A stretch of DNA of 64,000 nucleotides, from NCBI GenBank assembly GCA_036172245.1, contig JAYWIR010000005.1, positions 4,464,001 to 4,528,000 on the forward strand. The letters are read 5' to 3'. The notes under the pieces are model-generated. The model made no database searches. It saw nothing but the letters and a program-made list of their open reading frames with translations, and had not been told where the DNA came from. This stretch comes from Raillietiella orientalis (lineage: Eukaryota). Both the position numbers and the translations under genes were made by a program. Below are positions 51,397 to 63,756 of this stretch, one piece after another. The number at the start of each line of letters is the position of its first letter. The first letter of the stretch is position 1.

Positions 51397-54079
51397 TCCT
51401 CCTCTGAATTGTGGTCTGTTTTTTAAATAGACGTCACGGCGTCACTGGGTAACCCTCCCCCCCTCCGTTTCGTGAACGCGAGACTTGCGACGGCTCTTGG
51501 TGCGACAAGAGCCTTCACAAGGTCCCTCTCAGCGGAATGCCCAGCGACGCATCCCACAAGTCCCTGGAAGGTATCCACCGTCCCGAGTGCATCGCGGTTT
51601 CCGCAGCCACGCACTGGGGGACGCTTCCTGGGCGCCAGTGGCGAGGATGCTACTGCTTCCTGCGAGAGGACCCCGACGCGTCCGGAAGTCGGACAGCCCT
51701 GTACGAAAGTCCTGTTGGGGCTCATACGAGGTTCCGGAAGGAAATGAGAAGAAAAAGAGGGAAAGCAGGGAATCATCTTGATTTGAAAGTACGATCGTTT
51801 CCTCCTACTTCGTGACGAAAGGTGCGGCTTTAAGGCTTTTCTGTGCTCTCCCGTCCATGCGGATCACCATGCCAACTGCCTCTCGGGAAGTGCACTACCC
51901 TCCTCTTCAATCGACCAGAGAAGAGCGGGTTTTCGAGAGGGAACCATCCCACTCTTGCCAGCTGGAAATCTGAACTCATTCATTCGAGTTGGGTACATAG
52001 AATGATGACTCGGAGGTGCAGTTTCCTTCTGGTCGTCTGGCTGGTATCACCTTGGCAACCGCTCATCCTGGGCGATGGGTGCGGAATCTGCCCCTAGTAC
52101 TTGACGCGTAGCCCTGCCGGATGCTGGCACACATCATCTCCACATTTGCTGCCAGCGAGCGAGGAATCTCTAGTGTCCTCAGCACCTTGCCATTCTTAGG
52201 GTGCCGGTCTCCTAGCAACCCTGCCAGCAAGACTCTCGCCGATGCTAGTACGCCTCTGGAGGCCGAAGGAAGAAACGGAGCTCTTTCCCTTGCGGTAAGT
52301 CTTCCGGCACCGTCGCTGCCTCCTGGCAAGGGGCGGTGGCGGCACCGAGGATGCAGGCAACATCCTCGGTGCACCAATCCCGTAAGAAGAGTCTCAAGAT
52401 GCCTTCTGCTACTGGTTGGATTCAGGTCTACAGGTTTCCAGTTTCCCAGCATCACTTCTCAGTGCCTATCCCTGATCAGGTGGTGCAATGAAAAGGGAGC
52501 TCCACACGCAGCGCGATTCAGGTGGTGCGTCGATAACCCTCGACACGCCGAGCAGCTTCCACGAGGGAGGTGCGCACCGCTTCTTGCAGGAGGTCTCCCT
52601 AGCGCAAACGAAGCATCCAGGACTGCGGAAGGGGAGAAGGGAACACGTCAGAGCATGTGGTGTGAGATACGCTGGACTTCGAGGATGATAGACCTGGTGC
52701 GATTAATTACGGTGGGCTGGGAAGTTGCCCTGCATTCTGTTTCCGCGCATTGCAAGAAGGGAACAGCGAGTGAAAAGAGGAGACGAAGCGCCAGTGTTCC
52801 GCTATCTCAGTCAAAAGGGAGCAACACTCGCAGGCAGTAGGAAAAACCGGGAAAACCCTTTGGCATCCGCAAGGCGCGGAGACTCGCCGCCAGCCGGTCC
52901 CGATGGTTCATTGCTCCACGGGGCAAATCTTGAAGTCTCTAGGGGAGAGCTGGAGAATCCGCCGCTCTCGTGAACCCCTTCTCACTTCCGCCGAAGTAGC
53001 AGCACTTGACAGCTGTGCTGCTGCACCGGACTCTCTCCAGCAACGCTCGCCTGCACCACCACAGAGCGAGCGCACAGGCGTGTCCATCGGCTGCCTCTCT
53101 CATGTAGACAGGTGAAAACCCACCTGCACGGGCTTCCGGATTGCCCTGTCCCCTCCGATGCGAGCGGAGGTGTCTTGAAACGGTCCTCCTGCCGCCGGTG
53201 GACAATCCCGGCAGCGCGCGGAAGCGCCTCTTCGTGCGCGGCGCAGAACCGCCTGCCGCGGCCGCCTCAGCTCTCTCTGCTGCTCCTGCGCGCATGGCGG
53301 CGCCACGCAACGCTGCCGATGGACGAAGCGGGAACGACCTCCGCGAGGTGCCCTACGCTTGCGGGGAGCAGCGGAGTAGTCCCACCTGGAATCTGCAAAA
53401 GACGGGATTGACAGCAGCATCCTGCATGGGGTGCAGAGAACCCCAGAAGAACGCCAATGTTCCCCCCCCCCTCACTAAGACAAACATCCATTTTTTAATT
53501 TCTTTTTTCTGGCTATCTTTCCCTTTTTCTCCCCCGGGCGATCCTCACCGGCAGGTCATCTGGCTTCCCGCCAGAGCATCTAGAATTCTTCCGACTTGCG
53601 TGAGAGTCAGCGCCCTATGCTGCATCCTTTCATCTTTTTTGTTCTACAAAGTACGATGATACCTAGTTACCCCCAAGGAAACTGGGTACAACAGCGGAAA
53701 CGTCCGAAGGATGCCAATACCGAAAAAAAACATGAGCAAGCAGCTCTTCTTGCCACCCAACTTGCTCACAGAAAGGGCAGCAGGATGGAGGACTCTGAGC
53801 AGCGAGAAACAGATCTGAGCATCCCGATGGTGTCATTCACCCGTGTTCGTTACATTATTAGAGGCTCGAGAAAGGCTTTCAAGAGCAACATCTTCGGGCA
53901 GGACACCGGCGAAGAGATGACATGTGAGGATGCAAGCGGCATTCGCTTCAGGACAAAGAGGAAAGAAGCGAGGATCCGATCAGGACGCGAAGTGGCAGGG
54001 TTCTCTCTCTCGAGCCAGTAACGGTGGCACAGACCCACGTGAGGAAGAGGAGAGAGGAGGAGAAGCAGAGAGGAAGACA

Positions 54080-57000
54080 TGAGCTCGCACTGCACTTGGA
54101 TGTTTCTGGGTACACTCGCTCAACGCCCCTTGGAATTCTGCAGGTGGCGATGCTGCACGATCGTTCGTCTACTAATCAGAATTCTACCTCTTTAATTTGG
54201 ACCACCTACCTACGTTCTCATGGTGGTTTCACGTTGGAGATTTCAAGAAGAGCTGCCTGGTCGGAGTGGTCCTTTTAGATGGGAGCCTGGCGTCCCTCCG
54301 TCTCCAAGTTGTTGCTCCGTGTAACCACCCAGTAGTTTCCTGATTCTTGCAAGTGCTGTTCTCCTTTTCCTTCGATTCCCTCGCTTCCAGGAAGGGATTC
54401 GTCAGCTCTCCCACGAAACAGAGGGATGTGCAGTTGTCGAGTTCTGGAGGGCGCTGTTGCCAGCGGCCTCCCGTAGAGGGGTCCAGACTCCTGTCGCTTC
54501 GTCCTTCATTTCTGCTACTTATTCTCCCCTTGAGGGAATCCAGGGCCTCGGATTTCGTTCTCAGAGTGAGTCCACCTCCCTTCACTGGAAAGCGGCTTCT
54601 TTTGAGATGATTCATCTGTGTCCATCCCAGTGTGTGCCGAGGAGGCGGTCTACAAGTGCATGGTTTCCGAGACACAAAGAGGCGGCAATGAAAGCATTTG
54701 GAACCACGAGATGCACGCATGCGGATGGGCATGCTGTGGAACTCGGGAGAAGACCGAGTCTTCTTCGGGAGCTGCAGACATCCAGTAGATGCGTAGTGAA
54801 GCCCTGAGAAGTTGAAGCAGTCTGGGGGTTGGATACGCGAGGGAATCCTTCTTGGAAATTGTCCTCCGGTTCTCTCCCTCCTTTGTTGTCTCTTGATCCT
54901 CAAGGACGACGTAAGAAACACGTCGTCCCGCCCCAAGGGTCTTTCCCGACCTCCAAACACCTTGAGGTCCATGAGGAGGCTCCAGTCTCGGAAATTTCGT
55001 GGTCATCTGCCTTTACTCACTCTGGACGAGTGTCGTGGCGCTCTCGAGAACCAGCGAGGGACGCTGAAAGCAAACAACGCCCATGGGAAGCTCCCCGTTC
55101 TGCTGAAGGAGGGAGATGTGCTTCAAGAGACCACGCTAAGCAACCCTTCCAAACATTTAGTTTTGCTTTTTTTCCATTGTGGTTGGTGCCATTTAGATGA
55201 ACAGAGGCGCTCAAATATGCGCGAAACGCGACAGTTCGATGCGGGTAGGTTTGGCTTCCTTGTGCTCTTCGCGCCAACTCTCATGGGATGTTTTCCGTAG
55301 AACTTCGTTCTGGCACCTCCAGAAAACATCTGTAGCGTCTGCCAGAGTTCTCGTACTGGAGAGCACAGCGTCTCTAACAGGAGCTTACATAATTCATTCA
55401 TTCACCAGCAGAGGTTTCGTGCGTCAGGCAGCTCTGTAACCATGGCTACTTGAGCAAGCGAACCCTGAAAACAGAGGAAAAAAACACACGACGAAGAAAA
55501 GAATGACGATGAGGAATAGTCGCTTCCATCATCTGAAGGAAATCGAGGGTAATGGTAACTTCCTCCTTAACAGCCTGAGGTCCCTGTGGTCAATCAATGA
55601 GAAGCATCGAGAATGAATGGGCAGATAGGCCGCAGACTGTACCTTCTGGACGATTTTCTTCGATAAAATCGAATGAACAAGAGAGGTCATCTTATTTTTA
55701 AGAAAAAACACATTAAATGCTGCAAAACGAATAGCAGCGAAAACATCCAGTGATCTTCGCCCGCCATGCTGTTCGAATCTCGAATTTCAGTAAGGAGTTT
55801 CCATCTTCAAATGCTTTGCCCACTCTTCTAAATCTCATTTTCATATTCTGCAAGATCTGGGAGCATGTCTTCGGAATGAAATCCTTGCTTTTTTTTGTTT
55901 GTTTTAAATGCATGTTGAACAATTAACAAGATCGTTCTTTGTTTCACTACACGGTCGTGTCGTTTCTCTTCTAACTGCATAACCTCACGATTCGTCTTTG
56001 CCTGATCCTTGCTTGCCAGAGTCTTCAGCTTCGAAACAGTTCTGCGGAGATGCGTTTCTAGGAGAAAGATGCTTCCTTTTCTTGAGTCTTCTTTTTTTTT
56101 TTTTTAAAGAAAAAAAAAAAAAAAATGACTCCATCTGGAAGAGTCACAAGAATCTTGGCGTTCAGAAGCTGCAGAGCTCCTGTGGTTCAGCTGGAATCCA
56201 TGGAGCCAAGAACCACCGAATTTCCTGCTTCTGTTATGATTCCAGCCAACGACAAACAACCACTTGTTCGTCGTTGGTATGCTCTGATTTGGCATTCATG
56301 GCATCTGCCTTTTTCCTCTTGCGATTTTCTTGAGATCATATGACGTTAAAAATATGTTTGTGAATCTCAGAGCAGCCTTGAGGCTGAGGGAGCAGTTACT
56401 TGCCATTGCGAATAACCAGAATTTTCGGTAATCCATGTCAGGAGCAGAGATGTTCTTTCTGCAAAGGAACAAACCCGAATCAAAAGCGGAAAGGAAGCCC
56501 CGAAAGGAAGAGAAGGGAGGAACTGACTCAAGAGAGATGAAAGAAGGGGTCTTGTGATTCAAAGGTATTTCTGCACAGGGGTTCCAACTGACTCTGTTGC
56601 TCGTTCGGTTTTTTGTTTTTTGGTCGCCAACGTCCATAGTCCTGTTAGCGACGTGGTTTCTTAACTTTAGGAAACCTGTCGGACATGGGAAAAGGGGTTC
56701 CAAGTACAAAAGGAATCCCAGAAGAATGGACAGAATTGAAGCAGTCGAGTTGGGTGCACCAAACGCCAAGATCCCTGTGAAGAATCTAAACTTCATTCAG
56801 GACGCCGCATTACCCTTGTGAGAAGAGACGCTTCATCTATAATAACCCTTTGGGTGCACAGCTCATCAGATTGAAACGTTCCGTGTTGACGGCACGCGAG
56901 TGGCAGCTGCGACCTCTGTGGACGGAGTGCTTCTTCACGTACCGCGCGCTCTGTCAGAGGTGCCACCGATTGACTACAGAAAGTGCCGATTAAAGTTACT

Positions 57001-59400
57001 GTTGTAATTGTCTGTTTACACCACATTAAATGAAGTATATTTTCACTTTCCCAAATACATATTGTTTATTTGAAAATTGTAATTATAATTACAATAAAAT
57101 CAATAATTCATTCAGATTTTTAAGCTATCACAAAGATAGAAAAATAAATTCTATACGACACCGAGAACAGTTAGCCGATATAAATAGAATTTTGTTTACT
57201 GTCGTTGCCAAGGGAACCATAAGAACGCAAGTGCATGTGTCCATCTCAAATCATGGATAATGCTAACTTATGTCGCATTTGTCAGGTAAAAACATTTGCC
57301 AGACGCATATATGCGTATCCATAGCACTCAGAGGGTTCGGATAGGAAATCCAATCATTTCATAGTAGTAGAAAGTGGATGTAGAATCTTTGGGTGTTTCT
57401 ATGCACGTCCGATTTTATTGACTCTGCAAGCTGGTCGAGCTATGAATAGGCGAATCAACAAAATCAAAAATCCTAGGCTGTTGACAGGGAACCAACAGTA
57501 GTTATCTGAATTGGCATCACGATTGTGGTGTTCTCTACTAGGTCAACCTCTTGTTCTTCTGAAGACGGCACACGAGAGAAGCTCAGAGCGTCTCACGGAG
57601 TTTTGATCAAAGCAGAATCTCTCTGCTATCTGGTAGACACAGAGGAATTCGCTGCAACTCTCAGATTGGTACAACGAATTGCCGCATTACTGCTCTTGCA
57701 AACCGTTCAAGAAAATCCATTCTTCTTCTTATTAGGGAACTTCAATACCAACCTCAGACTTCATTCCCGCGCCGTGATAGTAAGTGAATCAAATCGGTAA
57801 CTTTGGAAAAAATGGTTACCCCTAGATCAGCATGCCAATGCCCAGCAGCTATCAAAAAGGATGATTTCAAAAAAGTATGGCGAGTCATTGCGATAGGGCA
57901 TCTTAAGCGGGTTGATGAGTCCTGTAGGAATGCTGCTCCAGAGGCATGCTCACACCATTAGGGCCCCGCCATTCCAGAGAGATGCTTCGTCGGCGGCTCG
58001 TTCCTGAGTGCGTGCTCCCATGAAGAGAACACACACAAGTTACTAACGCTACATGAAATCGCATCTGGCAACAAGAGATTCTTCGAAAGAGATCTCAAAC
58101 CGGAAGATTCGCATCAACTTCCTAGGGCTGCCTCGCCGTTTTCCCACTCCGAGTTTCTCCTATCAGAAGATGGAAAAGAGCTCCTTTAGTGCAATTTTCG
58201 CGTGGTTGTGTTCCCCTGGAAACACGGGAATTCTTCTGAAGTAGTGCATTTCCACCTCACTCTTTTCATTGCAGAGGTGGAGTGTGGTTAAGGGCCACCA
58301 CCTGTATTGCCATGCTAAAAGCTTGGAACCAAAGGGGGGCAGAAATGCGGTTTGTTCATTTGAGCCACGAGCCACCTTGAGGTAAAATTAATCCCTCTGC
58401 ATGAACGACTGACTGATCTTCCTTTTATTTAAGAGTAGCCGTTCAAGAAAAACGATAATCGGACTCTCGCGAATCAGAAGACGAAAACGTGGATTACTGA
58501 ATTCAAAGTGTTCCGGCGTCGGGGCTTGCAAACGGTCGCTTCCCTTTCTTTCCAGCTGCCATCGTCCACAGTTGCTCCGCGGGTTCCAAGGAAGACGAAC
58601 CCCGGGCATTCGATTTTCTTGCATGTTTGTTCTCCTGCCACGTTTCGCATCACAACAGCTCGGTTCCTGATGCATAGCAACAGGCCCTGCCAAAACTTAT
58701 CAGATTTCATCCTCAGGTTATTTCTCTTTCCATCTTTCGTCTCAACTCATCATTCCTCTAAGCAGGCTCTTGTAGTCTGCAATTTGAGGTTACGGAAAAA
58801 GGAGAGCATTTAACAGAGTGCTACGGTTGTAGTTGCCTGGTGATTTGTTTTCCTTTTAATAAAGGAAACGGCAACCGATTATTCTCCTCTTCCGCTGACA
58901 GTCGCGAAAAGATCATTTACTGCTTCCGTTTAAAAGCTGGAGCAGTGAATTCTTTTAGAGTCTGGCGGGATTATGGACGACAGTGGGAGACGTCAGTCCA
59001 CAGCATCCGAGAAGAAAATATGCATTTCTCTTGTACCTTCTTCTGCCTCCGACCACGGTTTCTGAAGAGTGATAGAAAAGGTAGCCAATGCTATCACGGA
59101 ACTAAGAATAAGTGAATAACAAGCACTTGAATTCGTAAATTTTGGCGATTACATGGGTCGAGTGTTGCCTAACCTCCCGGGGGTGAGGCACAAATTCACT
59201 TTCTTGCGTCTTTCCACTCCTTTAACTGCTTTCAAAGACATCTGTTCATCGCGTTATGCTCTCCAGGGATCAAGACAACGTATGCCAGCACATCCGACTT
59301 CTAAATGCAGGTGAATCGGATGATTGGTTTCGAAACGAGTTCGAAGGCTTCGTTTCACACAAAAGATGTGCATGGCAACCAGTTTTTGAAGGTAATTATT
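54080..59400 (+). pseudogene. Degenerate LRR ectodomain remnant
   Basis: ORF 54812-55300 has PNTLRSMRRLQS..FRGHLP and LKANNAHGKLP. ORF 55197-55439 has RVLVLESTASLTG. MFVNL...LLAIANNQNF lies at about 56350-56425. IGN(L)EKMVT(L)D with two 1-bp insertions lies at 57793-57827, and AIGHLKR near 57890. A last-repeat-like RNEFEGFV...FEGN lies at 59331-59396. Confidence 0.45.
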
Positions 59401-59499
59401 CCTGGCTTCAGCTCCATCGTCTCGCTTCCATCCTTGCTGACACTGCTGCAAGAGCTTTTCGCAAGCGACTTGTTAATGTGACAAAACACATAGCAGGAC

Positions 59500-60510
59500 A
59501 TCTGCACCGAACTAGTTATTGGTCTTTAAAAGACTTCAACAAGTCGACAGTGTACGTGCAAGTGCTGGACAGACTGCAGGGTTTAAAGTGTTCTTCTCTG
59601 CATACTGCGTTGTAACATGGATTGCTTCCCGAGCAACTGAAGAGTGGAAAATGCAGCAAGGCAGACTGCATCCGGAAAAATTCAAGAAGATTTTCTCCAG
59701 TACGATGTTTTTCCAGCTGCCAATAAGATATTTTCCAATGTCCTATGTTTTGAAGACCTTCTCTTAACGATCCTCCGAAGCTGTATGTATCATCGTAGGT
59801 GCACTCGAGAGTGGGCATTCTGGAGCACTTCCCTTTTTTCAAACCCAATTGAGGAAGGTATCCGCGAACTTTAAAGCTCATCTTCCCCTTCTGTAATTTC
59901 TCTTTACTTTTTTTTTCTTCTTCTGAAGATGAACTGACTTTCTTTTCTGCTTGCTGCCATCCAAGGATTTCCTTGCGTATTTCCTCCTGAGCATCACAAG
60001 CTGCATTATAGTGAAGGAGCGTCTTTGCAAAGATAATTTCTGTTTATGATCCCCAGCTGATGATGGTGTGCTATCTGCTGCTGAAATTGTGATCCATTGA
60101 AGAAGCTTTTTTTGTCAAATCTTTCCTGATCAATAGGGATGAGATTATCCGCAACTGCGGAGGATAAAATTTATCTCGAGAGCGGATCGGATTGAAGAAA
60201 TGAACTAAGAGTTGCGCGTTCGTGGAGACCTCCAAAAGACGGAACTTAAGCCACTGATCTTGTCGGGTTTTCTCAAGAGGGCTGAGCAAGCTGCAGCAAT
60301 GCGAAATGAAGAGCCGCCATCCATGAGGACCGGAAGCAGCGCACGTAATTGCAGATCTTGAAGCCACGTTCACTTTTCCGGAACAGAACTTCATGAATTT
60401 CGACCCAGGGAACTTTTTAAGAGTCGGAAACTTGCTCAGTCAAGCGAAAAGAGTTGCACGAGGATTCGAACCGGGGTTCCGGAGCATCTTCGAAAGCCAG
60501 GAGGAATGAG
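59500..60510 (+). pseudogene. Very degenerate RLK kinase-domain remnant following the LRR region
   Basis: In order: TVYVQVLD (cf. VY.G.L.D), GILEHF (cf. GSLE..L), FLAYF...IIVKERLCKDNFCL near 59970-60045 (cf. GLAYLH...IIHRDLK..NILL), and FLRVGNLLSQ near 60415 (cf. L.VGLLC.Q). Each match is weak, and the support is mainly their order. Confidence 0.3.
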
Positions 60511-61185
60511 ACTGCCAGCAGCATAGCCGCCGTCCAAATCAGGAGCTCCATTCCCTCAATATATGATTTTGATCTTTTTCATTTTTTGAAAATGCTGCGT
60601 TGGCAGATGGAGCCGAAGAAATGCGTTTCCATTTGATGTCCGCCAACGACGCCATACCAGATCATGCCTGTAGCAGTTGCGACTCGGAAGAAAAAAGCAG
60701 ATCGAGTATCACCGCATCACGGAGGAATTGGAGACTGAAGTGAAGAAGAATCTGTGAGGTGAATTGTGCCCTGGAAAGATGAGACTTGATCTTGAGACTA
60801 AAGCTGAAACAAGGGAGGTGATGCAAGAGACAGTGGATTGGTCGGACCATTCAGCAGCAGGACATGTAGAAATCCGCTCCTGCAAAGCGAGGAGGGAGTA
60901 TGTAGACCGAGAAACTGAGCTTAATTTTCTTACTGAAAAAAAAAAAAACCTTGCTGCATTCTAGGGGTTTGTTCCATGGTGACGACTGACGAGATCTCCT
61001 CATTCTCTAGAGAGCTGAATGTAATTCCCCCCTCCTTCCCCACCCCCTTATTTTTTTCAGGTGATTCTCAGGTCTTAGCAAATCACATAAAAGGTTAAGT
61101 TCAGTTTGCAAATTCGCTTGCAAGTTTTAATGTGCAGTAATGGTTATTATTAATGAAACCACCCTTTCAGCGACCAGTACAGGAC

Positions 61186-61344
61186 CTGCTGGCTCCTGTT
61201 GAGAGCAGCGTTCGAGAAAACGGCGGGAATGGGTCCTGAGACATAAAGTTGTCGCTCAAGCGAAAGAGGACCAAGATGATACGCGAACTGAGGTCTCTCG
61301 ACATTCTCTCTTGCCAGTCATCGAAGCTCCCGATTTCGAGGCCC
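61186..61344 (+). repeat. Left arm of a ~160-bp inverted repeat (partner 63597-63756)
   Basis: Manual reverse-complement alignment gives 3 substitutions and 1 single-base indel. The ORFs at 63454-63693 and 63480-63665 (-) reproduce the peptide readable at 61255-61344 (+). Confidence 0.95.
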
Positions 61345-63596
61345 ATTTTCCCAAATCAGTGCTTCATGACGTCATTTTCGCATAAGTCTACAAAAATGAC
61401 CCTGCAAGGCTAAATTTCTGTTGCTGACTTTCAGCAGGAAGTACAGTGCTCTTTAGAGAAGAAGCAGTTCGATAAGCAACATTGGTCCCTGCGCCTCCTC
61501 CTCCCTGGAGTTCCACCACAGAGCGCCACACATTCGTAGAGACTGGAACTCTAGAGGAGCTCCCGAGAGCCCCGGTCGCAAGTTTGCAGCCTCTCAGGTC
61601 ATTCTGGGTACAGGGTGCTCACACGACTGTTCGTGGTCGCTCTTGTCTGCGGGTCCCCCCGTCGTTAAGAGGAAAAGACGCGCGCACAGATGCGGATCTC
61701 TCTCCCCGAGAGGAATGTGCACTCTTGAGCTCCCAAGTGTGAAGTCTCGGTTTGCAATCGCACCAAACTTTTTTGTGGCCATTTCGTTGACAATTTGGCA
61801 TTTTTATCCCTTAGAGATGTCCTGACTATCTCCTCCACATGTGCACACGCACACACAGAGAAAAAGCTCGTGCACACCCGAGTTTGTGCGTATCAAAGCA
61901 TACAGATCCAGGTATTCTGAAGATACAGCTACTCGTGGATTATTTCCGGATAACGGCCAGTGATTCTGCACACGTTCGTTCTCATGGAGACTGGTACTTG
62001 GCAGCAGCAGGGTGTGGACTCATTCATCGCTTCGAGGGGCAGTTTGTTTTTCCCAAACTGTCCTCGTGCTCGAGGTGCGCCTTATTTCCTTTCAAACCAC
62101 TGAGAGTTTATGGATCGATGCTTCCGGCAGCCAAGAGAATTCCTCCACGCAGTCTTCCACAAGGACGAGGCGTGCTTTTCCGCGCGCGGTTACCCTCGAA
62201 ACGAAAAGTCTTCACCTGCACGACCTCGGCAGGCTGTTCTCTCAGTTCTCGGCAGGCAGTGAGGCAAGCGTCTCCAGACGGCAAGCGATTACGTAGCAGC
62301 GTTGGCAGTTCAGCTACAGAAAGGCAAAAAAAAGGAAAGACAAGAAAAGAAAAGGAAAAAGCACTGCAGGAACGACTCAAAGGTAGTCAACGGTGCTGCC
62401 TCGAGAGTGCTTACTCGAACCCAACACCGCGTGTGCTCCGCGTCGCCTCGCGGCCCTCCTATTCTACTCCCGTATGGCAGCTCCGAGCGCGGGGAGCAGA
62501 GTTAGGAAGTGCCACGGGAGAGACGATTTATCTTCACCGGAAATCTGCGTGCATCGGCACCTCGCGTAGAACCCGAGTCGATCCCGCGTCGATGCCACCG
62601 CAAAGCGCTTCCTCTTCCCTTGCCGGCAGCTCCGGTTTCACTTCAAGATGGTTTGAGCCAAAGAATAAACATGAAGAAGTTGAAAGGGGGATTCACACTC
62701 TCTCTCTCTTTCTGTTCTCCCCTCTCCCCAGTGCAGCAAACAAAAAGCTCCTTTTCCTGGCTGTTGGTAGGCGGGATCTCTCCTTTCTTTAAGGACAGCA
62801 GGTTTGGCGGATTCGGATGGGCGCTTGTGAAGACGCTGTCCGTTCAGTTCGGCGAGACTGCTGCAAGCCAGCCGCTCGTGAGGTCTCTGTGGCTCAGATG
62901 ATCTTTCGTGCTTGGTTCCTCGTCGTCGTCTCTGCTCCATGAAGATTCGCCATGAAAAAGAAAAAAAAATTATCAGCGTGCCTTCCCGGTGTCTTTGCAG
63001 CCAGATTTCGGCACGCCACCGCTGTGCTTTCGAGCGTACGCGTGACGCACGTGATTTTCCTTCTGCTTTGCGACACGCATGCGCTTTGGCACACGTCACC
63101 TGTAGAAACGTTTGTGTTGTGCTCGTTCCGAGGATCCTCGACCCCCCTACTCTCCACAAGTCCCGCCTGGCTGGCCCTCGATGACAGGAAGGATCCCTGC
63201 TCCTCCTCATCTGCTCGGCCGAAACCATGACGGCCTGCTTTGGAGAGACCCGAATAGCATCTGAGTGGCAACTTTCTTGGTGTGGAGGATCTGCCGATCT
63301 GCGAGCAAGACCAGATTCCTGACCAACGCACTCTCCCTACTCTTGAATGTTGAAATTTCGGACCGCATCTGAAAGGATGTGGCTGTCTTCCTTCCGTAAG
63401 CTGAGAAACGCAGGGAAACCGATCCAGCAGTTGAGAACTGTACGGCGTGTACCTCAGGATGTGTTCCATCCGTTGCCTCCTACCTTTTTCTTTTCCCAAA
63501 GAGTACCCGAGATCTTTGTTGTGTGTAGCGCCTCACCTTCTGATGAGTGAACAAACCTGAAGCAACTGCATCTGATGATGGCTGGATTTTTCGAGA

Positions 63597-63756
63597 GGGC
63601 CTCGAAATCGGGAGCTTCGGTGACTGGCAAGAGAGAATGTCGAGAGACCTCAGTTCGCGTATCATCTTGGTCCTCTTTCCGCTTGAGCGACAACTTTATG
63701 TCTCAGGGCCCATTCCCGCCGTTTTCTCGAACGCTGCTCTCAGCAGGAGCCAGCAG
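63597..63756 (-). repeat. Right arm of the ~160-bp inverted repeat (partner 61186-61344)
   Basis: Reverse complement of 61186-61344 with 4 differences. Confidence 0.95.

Noticed and set aside
60462..60472. GGTTCGAATCC (tRNA T-loop / B-box) on the - strand
   Set aside because: The flanks do not form a full T-stem, and I could not build a cloverleaf or find an A-box.
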